A program made the translations under genes and the position numbers. This document shows, one piece after another, positions 17,964-27,357 of a stretch of 64,000 bases of DNA. The DNA is from an uncultured Acidobacteriota bacterium. GTDB lineage: Bacteria; Acidobacteriota; Thermoanaerobaculia; UBA5066; Gp7-AA6. The DNA lies in NCBI GenBank assembly GCA_963775725.1, contig CAVZKA010000002.1:293004-357003 (forward strand), written 5' to 3'. Under the pieces are notes generated by a model that saw only the letters and a program-made list of their open reading frames with translations, had not been told where the DNA came from and ran no database searches. How positions within the stretch are numbered: the first letter of the stretch is position 1; each line of letters starts with the position of its first letter.

Positions 17964-20900
17964 CTGCTCGAAGCCACGACCTCCGGCCTCCCGTCGCGAT
18001 CGACCGGACCAACCTCGATCCCCATCGCCGCCCGACGGCGTTTCGAGGTGACGCGGGGGCGCTCGCGGCGGAGCTCTCGAGCCGGCTGCGCGGAGAGGTG
18101 CGCTTCGACGCCGGAAGCCGGGCCCTCTATGCGACGGACGCCTCGAACTACCGGCAGGTGCCCATCGGGGTCGTGATGCCGTGCGACAAGGACGACGTCC
18201 TCGAGACGCTGGCCGCATGCCGCCGGCATGGCGCGCCAATTCTCTCCCGCGGAGGGGGCACCTCGCTCGCGGGACAGTGCTGCAACGTGGCGGTCGTCAT
18301 GGACTTCTCGAAGTACATCCACCGCATTCTCGCCGTCGATCCCGACCGCAGGACGGCCGTCGTCGAACCGGGCGCGATCCTGGATCGGCTGCGTGCGACC
18401 GCCGCGCCGCACGGGCTGACGTTCGGGCCGGATCCCGCCACGCACAGCCACTGCACGCTCGGCGGCATGATCGGCAACGACTCCTGCGGCGTCCACTCCG
18501 TCATGGCGGCGTTCGAGGGGGAAGGCGCGCGAACGGCAGATCAGGTCGACGAGCTCGAGATCGTCACCTACGACGGCCTGCGGATGCGCGTCGGGAAGAC
18601 CTCCGAGGACGAGCTTTCGCGGTCTTGCGCGGCCGGAGGCAGGACCGGCCAGATCTATCGCGATCTCGCGCAACTGCGCGACCGCTATGCCGAAAGGATC
18701 CGGCAGCGGTTCCCCAACATCCCGCGCCGCGTCTCGGGTTACAACCTTCCTTACCTCCTGCCCGAAAACGGGTTCCACGTCGCCCGCGCGCTCGTCGGCT
18801 CGGAGAGCACCTGCGTCACCGTGCTCGAGGCGACGCTGCGCCTGATCCCCAATCCGAAGGCCCGCAGCCTCGTGGTCGCCGGCTTCGAGAGCATCGCGGC
18901 GGCGGCGGACCGCGTTCCTTCGGTCATGAAGCATCGGCCGATCGGGCTCGAGGGCATGGACGACCGCCTCGTCGAGGACATGCGTTCCGTCGGACTGCAC
19001 CCGCGGAACCTGAAGCTCCTGCCCCACGGCACGGGCTGGCTCCTGATCGAGCTCGGCGGAGACTCCAAGCAGGAGTCCGACGCGAAGGCGCGCAAGCTGA
19101 TCGGAGATTTGAAGCGCCACGGTGCGCTCGACGCGAAGCTGTACGACGACCCCCGGCAGGAGGAGCAGATCTGGAAGATCCGCGAATCCGGCCTCGGGGC
19201 GACCGCCCACGTTCCGCAGAAGCCGCTGACCTGGCCGGGATGGGAGGACTCCGCCGTGCCGCCCGAGAAGATGGGCGACTATCTGCGCCGTCTCCGGAAG
19301 CTCATGGATCGCTTCGGGTACGGCGGGGATTTCTACGGACACTTCGGACAGGGATGCCTCCATACCCGGATCGACTTCGATCTGGAGACGGAACCCGGAA
19401 TCGACCGGTACCGGGCGTTCGTCTACGAGGCGGCCGATCTGGTCGTGTCGCTCGGTGGCTCGCTTTCCGGCGAGCACGGCGACGGACAGGCACGGGCCGA
19501 GCTCCTTCCGAAGATGTTCGGCCCGGATCTGATCGAGGCGTTTCGCGAGTTCAAGCGCATCTGGGATCCCGAAGGGCGCATGAATCCGGGCAAGGTGGTC
19601 GACGCCCATTCGATCTCCGACGACCTCCGTCTCGGCCCCCACTACGAGCCCGCCGAGCTCGCCACGCAGTTCCGCTACCGGGAGGACAAGGGCAGCTTCG
19701 GGCGCGCGCTGCTGCGGTGCGTCGGTGTCGGGAAGTGCCGGCGCGAGGAGGGCGGCACCATGTGCCCGAGCTTCCGGGTCACGCGCGACGAGGAGCATTC
19801 CACGCGCGGACGCGCGCGCATGCTCTTCGAGATGCTGCGGGGTGACGCGATCCAGACGGGCTGGCGCAGTCGAGAAGTGCGCGACGCGCTCGACCTCTGC
19901 CTGTCCTGCAAGGGTTGCAAGAGCGACTGCCCGGTCAACGTCGACATGGCCACGTACAAGGCGGAGTTCCTGTCGCACCATTACGCCGGACGGCTGCGGC
20001 CGCGCTCGGCCTACGCGTTCGGCTTGATCTCGTGGTGGGCGCGCGCCGGCTCCCTTTTCCCTGGCCTCGTCAATCTGACGACCCGCACGCCGCCGCTCTC
20101 GCGACTGACGCACGCGCTCGCCGACGTCGATTCCCGCCGGGAGATTCCACTGTTCGCCGGGGAGACGTTTCGAGAGTGGTTTCGGCGGACGCGGCACGGG
20201 TCTCGCGGCGAGGGCCCGCAGAAGCGGTCGGAGCTCCGGCCCCGGGGGCGCGTGCTCCTGTGGCCGGACACGTTCAACGACCACTTTCATCCGGGCACGG
20301 CGCGAGCCGCGACCGAGGTGCTGGAAGCGGCGGGGTTCGAGGTCGTCATTCCGCGCCGGCGGCTCTGCTGCGGACGTCCACTCTACGACTACGGAATGCT
20401 CGATCTGGCCCGCTCCTTCCTGCGCCGTACGCTCGACGTGCTCCGCGAGGAGTTGCGCGCCGGAACCCCCGTCGCCGTCCTCGAGCCCTCGTGCGCCGCG
20501 GTCTTCCGGGACGAGCTGACCGGGCTTCTTCCCGACGACGAGGACGCGAAGCGCCTGAACCGGCAGACGGTCCTGCTCTCGGAGCTGCTGGCGGCAAGGG
20601 CGCCCGACTGGTCTCCGGGAACTGTCTCGGGGCGAGCGATCCTCCAGACACACTGCCATCAGAAGTCGGTCATGAGCGTCCGGGAGGAAAGGGACCTGCT
20701 CGCGCGGCTGGGGCTCGAGTTGGAGGAGCCGGAGCCGGGCTGCTGCGGCATGGCCGGCGGATTCGGCTTCGAGAGCAAACATTGCGACGTCTCGCTCGCG
20801 ATCGGGGGGCAGGCATTGATTCCCGCCGTACGCGACGCGCGGAGCGACACCCTCATCGTCGCCGACGGCTTCTCTTGCCGCGAGCAGATTCGCCAGGAAA

Positions 20901-21100
20901 CCGGCCGGGAGGGACTCCACCTCGCCGAAGTGATGCACCTGGCCCTGCAGAAACCGGAACCAGGTCTCGCGGCATTTCCGGAGGGCGCCTATCGCGAGCG
21001 CGCGCCACGACGACCGTCGGCTCGGGGGACCGCGGTCGTCGCCGCGGGAGCCGCCGCCGTTCTTCTCGCCGCCGCCTGGCATCGCCGGGGGAACCGATGA
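17960..21100 (+). CDS. FAD-linked oxidase fused to C-terminal Fe-S cluster (GlcF/CCG-like) domains; YdiJ/D-2-hydroxyacid dehydrogenase-like
   Basis: ATG overlaps the MR/MLE stop (ATGA). FAD_binding_4 domain (…ILSRGGGTSLAGQ…), 4Fe-4S Cys clusters (CVGVGKCRR…C; CLSCKGCKSDCP), CCG-type Cys motifs and a C-terminal TM. 1046 aa, similar in size to E. coli YdiJ. Confidence 0.8.
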   Translation: MTARSHDLRPPVAIDRTNLDPHRRPTAFRGDAGALAAELSSRLRGEVRFDAGSRALYATDASNYRQVPIGVVMPCDKDDVLETLAACRRHGAPILSRGGGTSLAGQCCNVAVVMDFSKYIHRILAVDPDRRTAVVEPGAILDRLRATAAPHGLTFGPDPATHSHCTLGGMIGNDSCGVHSVMAAFEGEGARTADQVDELEIVTYDGLRMRVGKTSEDELSRSCAAGGRTGQIYRDLAQLRDRYAERIRQRFPNIPRRVSGYNLPYLLPENGFHVARALVGSESTCVTVLEATLRLIPNPKARSLVVAGFESIAAAADRVPSVMKHRPIGLEGMDDRLVEDMRSVGLHPRNLKLLPHGTGWLLIELGGDSKQESDAKARKLIGDLKRHGALDAKLYDDPRQEEQIWKIRESGLGATAHVPQKPLTWPGWEDSAVPPEKMGDYLRRLRKLMDRFGYGGDFYGHFGQGCLHTRIDFDLETEPGIDRYRAFVYEAADLVVSLGGSLSGEHGDGQARAELLPKMFGPDLIEAFREFKRIWDPEGRMNPGKVVDAHSISDDLRLGPHYEPAELATQFRYREDKGSFGRALLRCVGVGKCRREEGGTMCPSFRVTRDEEHSTRGRARMLFEMLRGDAIQTGWRSREVRDALDLCLSCKGCKSDCPVNVDMATYKAEFLSHHYAGRLRPRSAYAFGLISWWARAGSLFPGLVNLTTRTPPLSRLTHALADVDSRREIPLFAGETFREWFRRTRHGSRGEGPQKRSELRPRGRVLLWPDTFNDHFHPGTARAATEVLEAAGFEVVIPRRRLCCGRPLYDYGMLDLARSFLRRTLDVLREELRAGTPVAVLEPSCAAVFRDELTGLLPDDEDAKRLNRQTVLLSELLAARAPDWSPGTVSGRAILQTHCHQKSVMSVREERDLLARLGLELEEPEPGCCGMAGGFGFESKHCDVSLAIGGQALIPAVRDARSDTLIVADGFSCREQIRQETGREGLHLAEVMHLALQKPEPGLAAFPEGAYRERAPRRPSARGTAVVAAGAAAVLLAAAWHRRGNR

Positions 21101-22542
21101 CCCGGTCGGCGGCGTTCTCGTGCGACCTCTCCGGCGAGGGACGGCCGTTTCCGCACTTCTGGGAGCACACCGTCGGAAGCGGCCACGCGCCGCTCGCGCT
21201 GCGAGCGGACTGGCAGGAGCAGATGGCCCGGTGCCGCCGCGAACTCGGCTTCCGCCACGTCCGTTTTCACGGGATCCTGAGCGACGACGTCGGGACGCTG
21301 GTCGAGGAAGAGGGTCAGCGCATCGACTCCTTCTTCAACGCGGAGCAGATCTGGGACTTTCTGCTCTCCGTCGGAATGCGCCCCTTCGTCGAGTTGTCCT
21401 TCATGCCCTTGGCGCTCGCCTCCGGGCGCAAGACCGTCTTCCGCTATCGCGGCAACGTGACGCCGCCCCGAAGTCAACGCCAGTGGGCGGAGCTCATCCG
21501 AAGGTTCGCCGGACGGGCCGTCGAACGGTACGGCCGCGAGGAGGTCCGAACCTGGCCCTTCGAGGTCTGGAACGAGCCGAACCTGAAGGCCTTCTGGACG
21601 GGAACCCGCGCGGAATACTTCCGGCTCTACCGCGAGACGGCTCGGGCGATCAAGGCCGTGGATACATCCCTGAAGGTGGGCGGTCCGGCCACCGCCAGAA
21701 ACGCATGGATCGAGGAGTTTCTCGAGTTCTGCGAGAACGAGAACGCCCCGTTGGACTTCGTCTCCACCCATCATTACCCCACCGACGACTTCGGCAAGCC
21801 CGGCGACGACACCGTCTCGAAACTCGCCAGGAGCCGGCGCGGCGTTCTCACCGAGCATGCGAGGGGGGCGCGCCGAAAGGTCGGCGGGAGGCCGCTCTAC
21901 TACACGGAATGGAGTTCCTCCTCCAATCCCTTCGACCCTCTGCACGACGAGCCCTACGCCGCGGCGTTCGCCATCAAGACGATTCTGGAAACCGCCGGCC
22001 TCGTCGACGCATACAGCTGGTGGACGTTCTCCGACATCTTCGAGGAGAACTACTTCAGCTCCGTTCCGTTCCACGGAGGGTTCGGGCTGCTGACGCTGCA
22101 CGGCATCGCAAAGCCGGTGTATCGCGCCTTCGAGCTGCTGCATCGCCTCGGCGACGAGCTGCTGCCGGTCCAGGGCTCGCATCCGACGGTCGACGCGTGG
22201 GTTGCCCGGCGCGGCCGCGCCGCCACGCTGGTCCTGACCAACTGGGAGCTCCCGCGCCACGCGATCCGCGCCGAGCGCGCCCGCGTCACCCTGTCCGGCG
22301 CCCGACCGGCTCCCGCGCGGCTCGAGCGGATCGACGAGGACCACGGTCATGCGCGTCCGCTATGGGAGGAGATGGGAAGACCGGACAGCCTCACGAGCCG
22401 GCAGGCGGAGGATCTCCACGCGGCCTCGACGCTCGAGATCGAGACGCTGGCGCCGACTCCGGGACAGGGCGGCTTCTCCTTCGAGCTGTCGCTGCCTCCG
22501 AACTCGGTGGCCGCGGTGGAGTTCGGGGAGGCGCGCTCGTGA
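21097..22542 (+). CDS. Glycoside hydrolase family 39-like (beta-xylosidase/alpha-L-iduronidase-type) enzyme
   Basis: ATG overlaps the upstream stop (ATGA). Blocks matching Thermoanaerobacterium GH39 XynB: NVTPP, WPFEVWNEPNL (acid/base), KVGGPA, YYTEWSSS (nucleophile region), WWTFSDIFEE and FHGGFGL. Confidence 0.75.
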   Translation: MTRSAAFSCDLSGEGRPFPHFWEHTVGSGHAPLALRADWQEQMARCRRELGFRHVRFHGILSDDVGTLVEEEGQRIDSFFNAEQIWDFLLSVGMRPFVELSFMPLALASGRKTVFRYRGNVTPPRSQRQWAELIRRFAGRAVERYGREEVRTWPFEVWNEPNLKAFWTGTRAEYFRLYRETARAIKAVDTSLKVGGPATARNAWIEEFLEFCENENAPLDFVSTHHYPTDDFGKPGDDTVSKLARSRRGVLTEHARGARRKVGGRPLYYTEWSSSSNPFDPLHDEPYAAAFAIKTILETAGLVDAYSWWTFSDIFEENYFSSVPFHGGFGLLTLHGIAKPVYRAFELLHRLGDELLPVQGSHPTVDAWVARRGRAATLVLTNWELPRHAIRAERARVTLSGARPAPARLERIDEDHGHARPLWEEMGRPDSLTSRQAEDLHAASTLEIETLAPTPGQGGFSFELSLPPNSVAAVEFGEARS

Positions 22543-23891
22543 GCGACGCCAGGAAACCGGGATCCTCGCCGGCGCGCCAGACTGACGAGGAGCTGCTCGA
22601 TGAGATCGCGCGGGAGACGTTCCGGTACTTCCGGGAGGAGGCCAACGAGAAAAACGGCTTGCTGCCCGACAAGACGCAGCCGGGAGCGCCGGCCAGCATC
22701 GCGGTGCTGGGCCTCGGCATCGCGAGCTACGCGGCGGGAGTCGAGCGCGGGTTCTGGTCGCGCGAAGAAGCGGTCGACCGCACGTTGACGCCCCTGAGGT
22801 TTCTGCTCGACAGTCGACAGAGCCGCGAACCCGACGCGACCGGCTACCGCGGCTTCTACTACCACTTCCTCGACATGGAAACCGGACGGCGCACGTGGCA
22901 ATGCGAGCTCTCGACCATCGACAGCGCGCTCCTGATCGCCGGCGCGCTCGTCGCGGCGGGATGTTTCGACGCGGACAGCTCGAAAGAGCGAGAGATTCGA
23001 ACGCTGACTGACGCCCTGTACGGGCGGATGGAGTGGGGCTGGGCCCTGAACGGAGGCGCCACTGTCTCGCACGGCTGGAAGCCCGAGTCCGGGTTTCTTC
23101 CCTTCCGCTGGGAAGGCTATTGCGAAGCGCTGTTTCTCTATGCGCTCGCGCTGGGATCCCCCACGCATCCGATCCCGCCGGAGTCCTACCGGGCCTGGGC
23201 ATCGACCTATGCCTGGAAGAAGATTTACGGCATCGAGTACCTGCACGCCGGTCCGCTCTTCATTCACCAGCTTTCCCACGTGTGGATCGACTTTCGCGGC
23301 CTCCAGGACGAGTTCCTCCGCGAACACGGCATCGACTACTTCGAAAACAGCCGGCGCGCCGTTGCGATTCAGCAGGAATACGCGATCCGCAACCCGAAAG
23401 AGTTCGAAGGCTACGGCCGCGATTGCTGGGGCCTCACGGCCAGCGACGGGCCGGGGCCGGCGGCGATGAAGATCGACGGCGTCCAGCGAGAGTTCTTCGG
23501 GTACCGGGCGCGCGGAGCCCCCTTCGGCCCCGACGACGGAACGGTTTCGCCCTGGGCGGTGGGCACGTGCCTTCCCTTCGATCGGGACCTCGTTCTCTCC
23601 TCTCTCCGACGTTTCATCCACGACTTCGGCCTGAAGAATCGTCAGCGGTACGGCTTCGAGGCGAGCTTCAATCCGACGTTTCCCGCGCCGGAGGAAGACC
23701 GGCCGGGTACCCGCAAGCGCGGCTGGGTGGCGCCCTGGGTGTTCGGTCTCAACCAGGGACCGCTGCTGCTGATGCTCGAGAACGCGCGCACGGAGTTGAT
23801 CTGGCGGTTGATGCAAAGCTGCGCGCCCCTGACCCGGGGATTGCGCCGCGCCGGATTTCGAGGAGGGTGGCTGGACGAGCCGAATCCATGA
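22539..23891 (+). CDS. Glucoamylase-like / DUF3131-type (GH144-like six-hairpin) glycosidase
   Basis: GTG overlaps the GH39 stop (GTGA). Overall resemblance to bacterial 'glucoamylase family/DUF3131' proteins (…WGWALNGGATVSHGWKPESGF…GPLFIHQLSHVWIDFRGLQDEF…). Assignment rests on pattern memory only. Confidence 0.5.
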   Translation: MSDARKPGSSPARQTDEELLDEIARETFRYFREEANEKNGLLPDKTQPGAPASIAVLGLGIASYAAGVERGFWSREEAVDRTLTPLRFLLDSRQSREPDATGYRGFYYHFLDMETGRRTWQCELSTIDSALLIAGALVAAGCFDADSSKEREIRTLTDALYGRMEWGWALNGGATVSHGWKPESGFLPFRWEGYCEALFLYALALGSPTHPIPPESYRAWASTYAWKKIYGIEYLHAGPLFIHQLSHVWIDFRGLQDEFLREHGIDYFENSRRAVAIQQEYAIRNPKEFEGYGRDCWGLTASDGPGPAAMKIDGVQREFFGYRARGAPFGPDDGTVSPWAVGTCLPFDRDLVLSSLRRFIHDFGLKNRQRYGFEASFNPTFPAPEEDRPGTRKRGWVAPWVFGLNQGPLLLMLENARTELIWRLMQSCAPLTRGLRRAGFRGGWLDEPNP

Positions 23892-24088
23892 GTTACGCGG
23901 ACCCACTCACGAGAGGGCCCTGGCCGACGCCCGATCGGCCGCCAGCCAGGATTACCTGGCGCGCCCCGGCTCGCCGGGAGCCCGCCCGGCTTCTCGCCCT
24001 TCGGCGCGACTGGCTCTTCGAGATAGAAATCGCGGATCCTGTGCCTTCGTCGCCGCGAAGGCTCCGATACAAGGAGGAAAAGCCATGA
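23888..24088 (+). CDS. Possible 66-aa linker ORF, 4-nt overlapped at both ends (speculative)
   Basis: ATG overlaps the stop of the upstream glycosidase (ATGA) and its own stop overlaps the ATG of the SDR gene (ATGA). The product MSYADPLTRGPWPTPDRPPARITWRAP… is Pro/Arg/Trp-rich. It could be a chance open frame in high-GC DNA. Confidence 0.2.
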   Translation: MSYADPLTRGPWPTPDRPPARITWRAPARREPARLLALRRDWLFEIEIADPVPSSPRRLRYKEEKP

Positions 24089-25107
24089 GCCGAGAGCGGT
24101 CTTCCGAAATCGTCGTCATCACCGGCGCCTCGGCCGGAGTCGGGCGCGCCTGCGCGGTCGAATTCGCGCGTCGCGGGGCGCGGGTCGGCCTGCTCGCGCG
24201 AGGCCGCGATGGCCTCGAAGGAGCGCGTCGGGACGTCGAAGCGCGGGGAGGAGAGGCGCTCGTGTTTCCGGCCGACGTCGCGGACGCGAAGGCGGTAGAG
24301 GCCTTCGCCAGCGCCGTCGAGGAGCGCTTCGGGCCGATCGACGTGTGGGTGAACAACGCAATGACATCGGTCTTTTCGCCCATCCGGGAGACGGAGCCGG
24401 AGGAATTTCGACGCGTTACCGAGGTGACGTATCTCGGGGTGGTCCATGGGACTCTGGCGGCGCTGCGGCGAATGCTGCCGAGAGACCGGGGCGTGATCGT
24501 CCAGGTCGGCTCGGCCCTGGCCTATCGGGGAATCCCGCTGCAGGCGGCGTATTGCGCGGCCAAGCACGCGATCCAGGGTTTCTGCGACTCGCTCTGGTGC
24601 GAGCTCGCGCACGAGAAGAGCCGCGTCCACCTGACCATGGTTCAGATGCCGGCGCTGAACACGCCGCAATTTTCGTGGGTGAAATCCCGGCTGCCCCGCA
24701 AGGCGCAGCCGGTGCCCCCGATCTTTCAGCCCGAGGTCGCCGCTCGGGCCATCTGCTGGGCGGCCCATCACCGGCGCCGCGAGCTCTACGTCGGGACGTC
24801 CACGGTCGAGGCGATCGTAGGCAACAAGCTTGTCCCGGCGCTTCTCGACCGCTATCTCGGAAAGACCGGCTACGACTCCCAGCAAACGGACGAGCCCGCC
24901 GATCCGCATCGACCCAACAATCTCTGGGAGCCGCTTCCGGGGGATCGGGGAGCGCACGGCGCGTTCGACGCGCGCGCCGCCGCCCGATCCACGCAGCTCT
25001 GGGCGACCGTTCACCGGGGCCCGCTCTTGGTCGGCGCACTCGGTCTGGGCGCTCTCGCGAGAGCTCTCCGAACGCGCCGGCGCGCTCGCTGGCGAAATTG
25101 GCTCTGA
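24085..25107 (+). CDS. SDR-family (short-chain dehydrogenase/reductase) oxidoreductase with C-terminal extension
   Basis: SD AAGGAGG upstream. Rossmann motif VITGASAGVGRA, a catalytic YxxxK (YCAAK) and the NNAM motif. 340 aa. Confidence 0.8.
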   Translation: MSRERSSEIVVITGASAGVGRACAVEFARRGARVGLLARGRDGLEGARRDVEARGGEALVFPADVADAKAVEAFASAVEERFGPIDVWVNNAMTSVFSPIRETEPEEFRRVTEVTYLGVVHGTLAALRRMLPRDRGVIVQVGSALAYRGIPLQAAYCAAKHAIQGFCDSLWCELAHEKSRVHLTMVQMPALNTPQFSWVKSRLPRKAQPVPPIFQPEVAARAICWAAHHRRRELYVGTSTVEAIVGNKLVPALLDRYLGKTGYDSQQTDEPADPHRPNNLWEPLPGDRGAHGAFDARAAARSTQLWATVHRGPLLVGALGLGALARALRTRRRARWRNWL

Positions 25108-25261
25108 ACGCACGGGGGGCCGACCGCAGCGCTGATCGTCCCTCGCGCCATGATGAAGCCATGTCGACGCAAGGCAGTCGGAACATCGCATCGAGTACGA
25201 TCCGCGAGGCTCCTGGTGTGGTTACGTCGCGCGGCGAGGTGGCTCACGAGGAGGAGTTCTC

Positions 25262-26728
25262 TTGAACATCTCAACCGGCGGCCGTTCGAGGCGGATCCGC
25301 GGCATCGTGGCGCTCGGCCTCCTGTGCGGCTTGGTCGCTTCTACCATCGGAGCGCAAGCGCCGGGTAAGCCCCCCGGGGCGCAGCCAACGGCTCCGGCCA
25401 CCCAGGATCTTTCGCTCGCCCCCTCGAAGGTCGACGTCAAATCCGTCACGCGCGACGAAGAGATCCGCAAGCGTCTCCAGAAGGTTCTGGATGCCACGGA
25501 TTGGTTCACCGACCCGAGGGTTCGCGTCGAAGAGGGCGTCGCATTTCTGGAGGGCCGGGCGCCGTCGGAGGAGGTCAGAAATTGGGCCGGAGCTCTCGCC
25601 GGCCGTACCCGGGACGTCGTCGCGGTGGTCAACCGGATGGATGTGCTCCGGCCGTCGGTATGGGACCTGGGGCCCGCGCGGAGCGGCCTGCTGGCGCTCT
25701 GGCGCGATTTCATCCGCTCGATTCCCCTGGTTCTCGTCGGCCTGCTCGTACTCGCTCTCTCTGCGGGAACGGGCATACTCACGGTTCGCGGCGCGCGGGC
25801 CTTCCTTCGACGCCGGGTCCGAACGAATCTGCTGCGAAACGTCATCGCGATCGCGATTGGCGCGCTCGTCTTTCTCCTCGGCGTCTACGTCGTTCTAAGA
25901 GTCTCGGGCCTGACGCAGCTGGCGTTGACGGTCGTCGGTGGCACCGGACTGATCGGTCTGGCCCTCGGCATCGCGTTCCGGGACATCACCGAGAATTTCC
26001 TGGCGAGCATTTTTCTCAGCATCCAGAAACCCTTCGATACCGCCGACCTGGTCGAGGTCTGCGGAGTGACGGGATACGTGCAACAGCTGAACATGCGCAC
26101 GACGATCGTGATGGCCCTCGACGGCAACCTCGTCCAGATTCCCAACGCCAACGTCTACAAGAGCACCATCCGAAACTTCACGACCAACGCCAACCGCCGG
26201 GATGATTTCGTCGTCGGCATCGGCTACGACGACGCGATCGACGAAGCGCAGGAGATCGCCCGGAAAGTGCTCCAGGATCACCCGGCCGTGCTCGGCGATC
26301 CCGAACCCTTGGTGCTGGCCGACAGCCTCGGCGCGTCGACCGTCAACCTGCGCATCTATTTCTGGATCGACGGCCGGACGCACAGTTGGCTCAAAGTGCG
26401 CTCATCGATCATCCGCCTGGTCAAGAGGGCGTTTCAGAAGCACGGCATCTCGATGCCGGACGAGGCACGGGAGGTCGTCTTTCCCCGAGGCGTCCCGGTC
26501 ACCGGACTCGACGGCGGGCCCGGGAAGAGCGAGCGCGCAAGGCCTGTCGAGGAGCCTTCGGCGCAGCCGCCGTCGGGCGAACACGAGACGGTCTCCACGA
26601 AGGCGGAGGCCGGGTTGTCCAGCGAGGCCGGCGTACTCGAGGAGCAGGCCCGACAAGCACAACCCTTGAAGGAACGGGAAAATCTCCTTCCGGCTTCCGG
26701 TCCTTCCATTCCGGAAAAGCGGAGATAA
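25262..26728 (+). CDS. Mechanosensitive ion channel (MscS family) protein with N-terminal signal peptide and periplasmic BON-like segment
   Basis: TTG start with SD GGAGGAGG. Signal peptide, multiple TMs, and an MscS beta-domain (…LVEVCGVTGYVQQLNMRTTIVMALDGNLVQIPNANVYKSTIRNFT…). Confidence 0.8.
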   Translation: MNISTGGRSRRIRGIVALGLLCGLVASTIGAQAPGKPPGAQPTAPATQDLSLAPSKVDVKSVTRDEEIRKRLQKVLDATDWFTDPRVRVEEGVAFLEGRAPSEEVRNWAGALAGRTRDVVAVVNRMDVLRPSVWDLGPARSGLLALWRDFIRSIPLVLVGLLVLALSAGTGILTVRGARAFLRRRVRTNLLRNVIAIAIGALVFLLGVYVVLRVSGLTQLALTVVGGTGLIGLALGIAFRDITENFLASIFLSIQKPFDTADLVEVCGVTGYVQQLNMRTTIVMALDGNLVQIPNANVYKSTIRNFTTNANRRDDFVVGIGYDDAIDEAQEIARKVLQDHPAVLGDPEPLVLADSLGASTVNLRIYFWIDGRTHSWLKVRSSIIRLVKRAFQKHGISMPDEAREVVFPRGVPVTGLDGGPGKSERARPVEEPSAQPPSGEHETVSTKAEAGLSSEAGVLEEQARQAQPLKERENLLPASGPSIPEKRR

Positions 26729-26766
26729 GGCTCAGTCGGTGACTGGCAGCATGGCAGGAGAGGCGG

Positions 26767-27019
26767 GTGAAGGATCTGATCAGGGAATCCCTGAGCCAGG
26801 AGATACCGCTCAGCCGGTTGGCAGACGAGTGCGGCCTGTCCGTCGGGCACTTCGCCCGTGCATTCCGGCGTTCCATCGGCTCCACTCCCCACAGATGGCT
26901 GCTTCTCCAGCGCGTGGCTCGCTCCAAGGAGTTGTTGAGGCAGCGAGCTCTCTCCTTGAAGGATGTCGCGCTCTCGTGCGGGTTTGCCGATCAGAGCCAT
27001 GTCACGAGAGTCTTCACTC
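26767..27019 (+). pseudogene. AraC-family HTH domain remnant (N-terminal sensor domain missing, C-terminus truncated)
   Basis: Contains only the two AraC helix-turn-helix units (LSRLADECGLSVGHFARAFRRSIGSTPHRWLLLQRVARSKELL; LSLKDVALSCGFADQSHVTRVF). The frame starts at a GTG right after a stop and is fused downstream to the thioredoxin-copy junction. Confidence 0.5.
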
Positions 27020-27250
27020 ATGGATCGAAATCTTGGGGCCGGCTGCAGCCGGTGCAAAGAGATGTACCGCATCGTGCTGCAGGCACCGGCAGAAGCCGGT
27101 GCGGCTATCGAAGTGACGAAAGACGATTTGACAATACGAAACGGTCGAGGTTGGACGTCGGGCGACTCCCGTCGTCGTCGAGGATGGGACGGTGGTGCGG
27201 ACGGGCCGCGTTCCAGCCGAGGAGGTCCGCGAGATTCTGGAACTCGGATG
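27020..27250 (+). pseudogene. Frameshifted second copy of the thioredoxin-fold gene (duplicate of 4597-4850)
   Basis: About 88% nucleotide identity to 4597-4850, beginning exactly at ggatcgaaatc. It encodes …LGAGCSRCKEMYRIV…AAIEVTKDD, then a +1 insertion (cgaaacggtc vs cgaatggtc) and a later -2 indel break the frame. Confidence 0.55.
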
Positions 27251-27357
27251 ACGCTACGTTGCGGAAGATCTTGGATGGGGGATGGAACGAATGTCGGAGC
27301 CAAACGCCTGAAAGGAAAAAGTCGGGAATCTCGTCCCTGAATGCGATGAACCAAAGT

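Noticed and set aside
17951-21082. 1043-aa minus-strand ORF and other large antisense ORFs (15037-17067, 35831-37072, 43948-46302, 54646-57375, 55341-57740, 58120-60552, 59159-61273).
   Set aside because: All are Arg/Gly-rich antisense or alternate-frame artefacts opposite clearly identified genes (FAD/Fe-S oxidase, poxB-like, ubiA/ubiX, polA, dnaG/mutS2, Slt).
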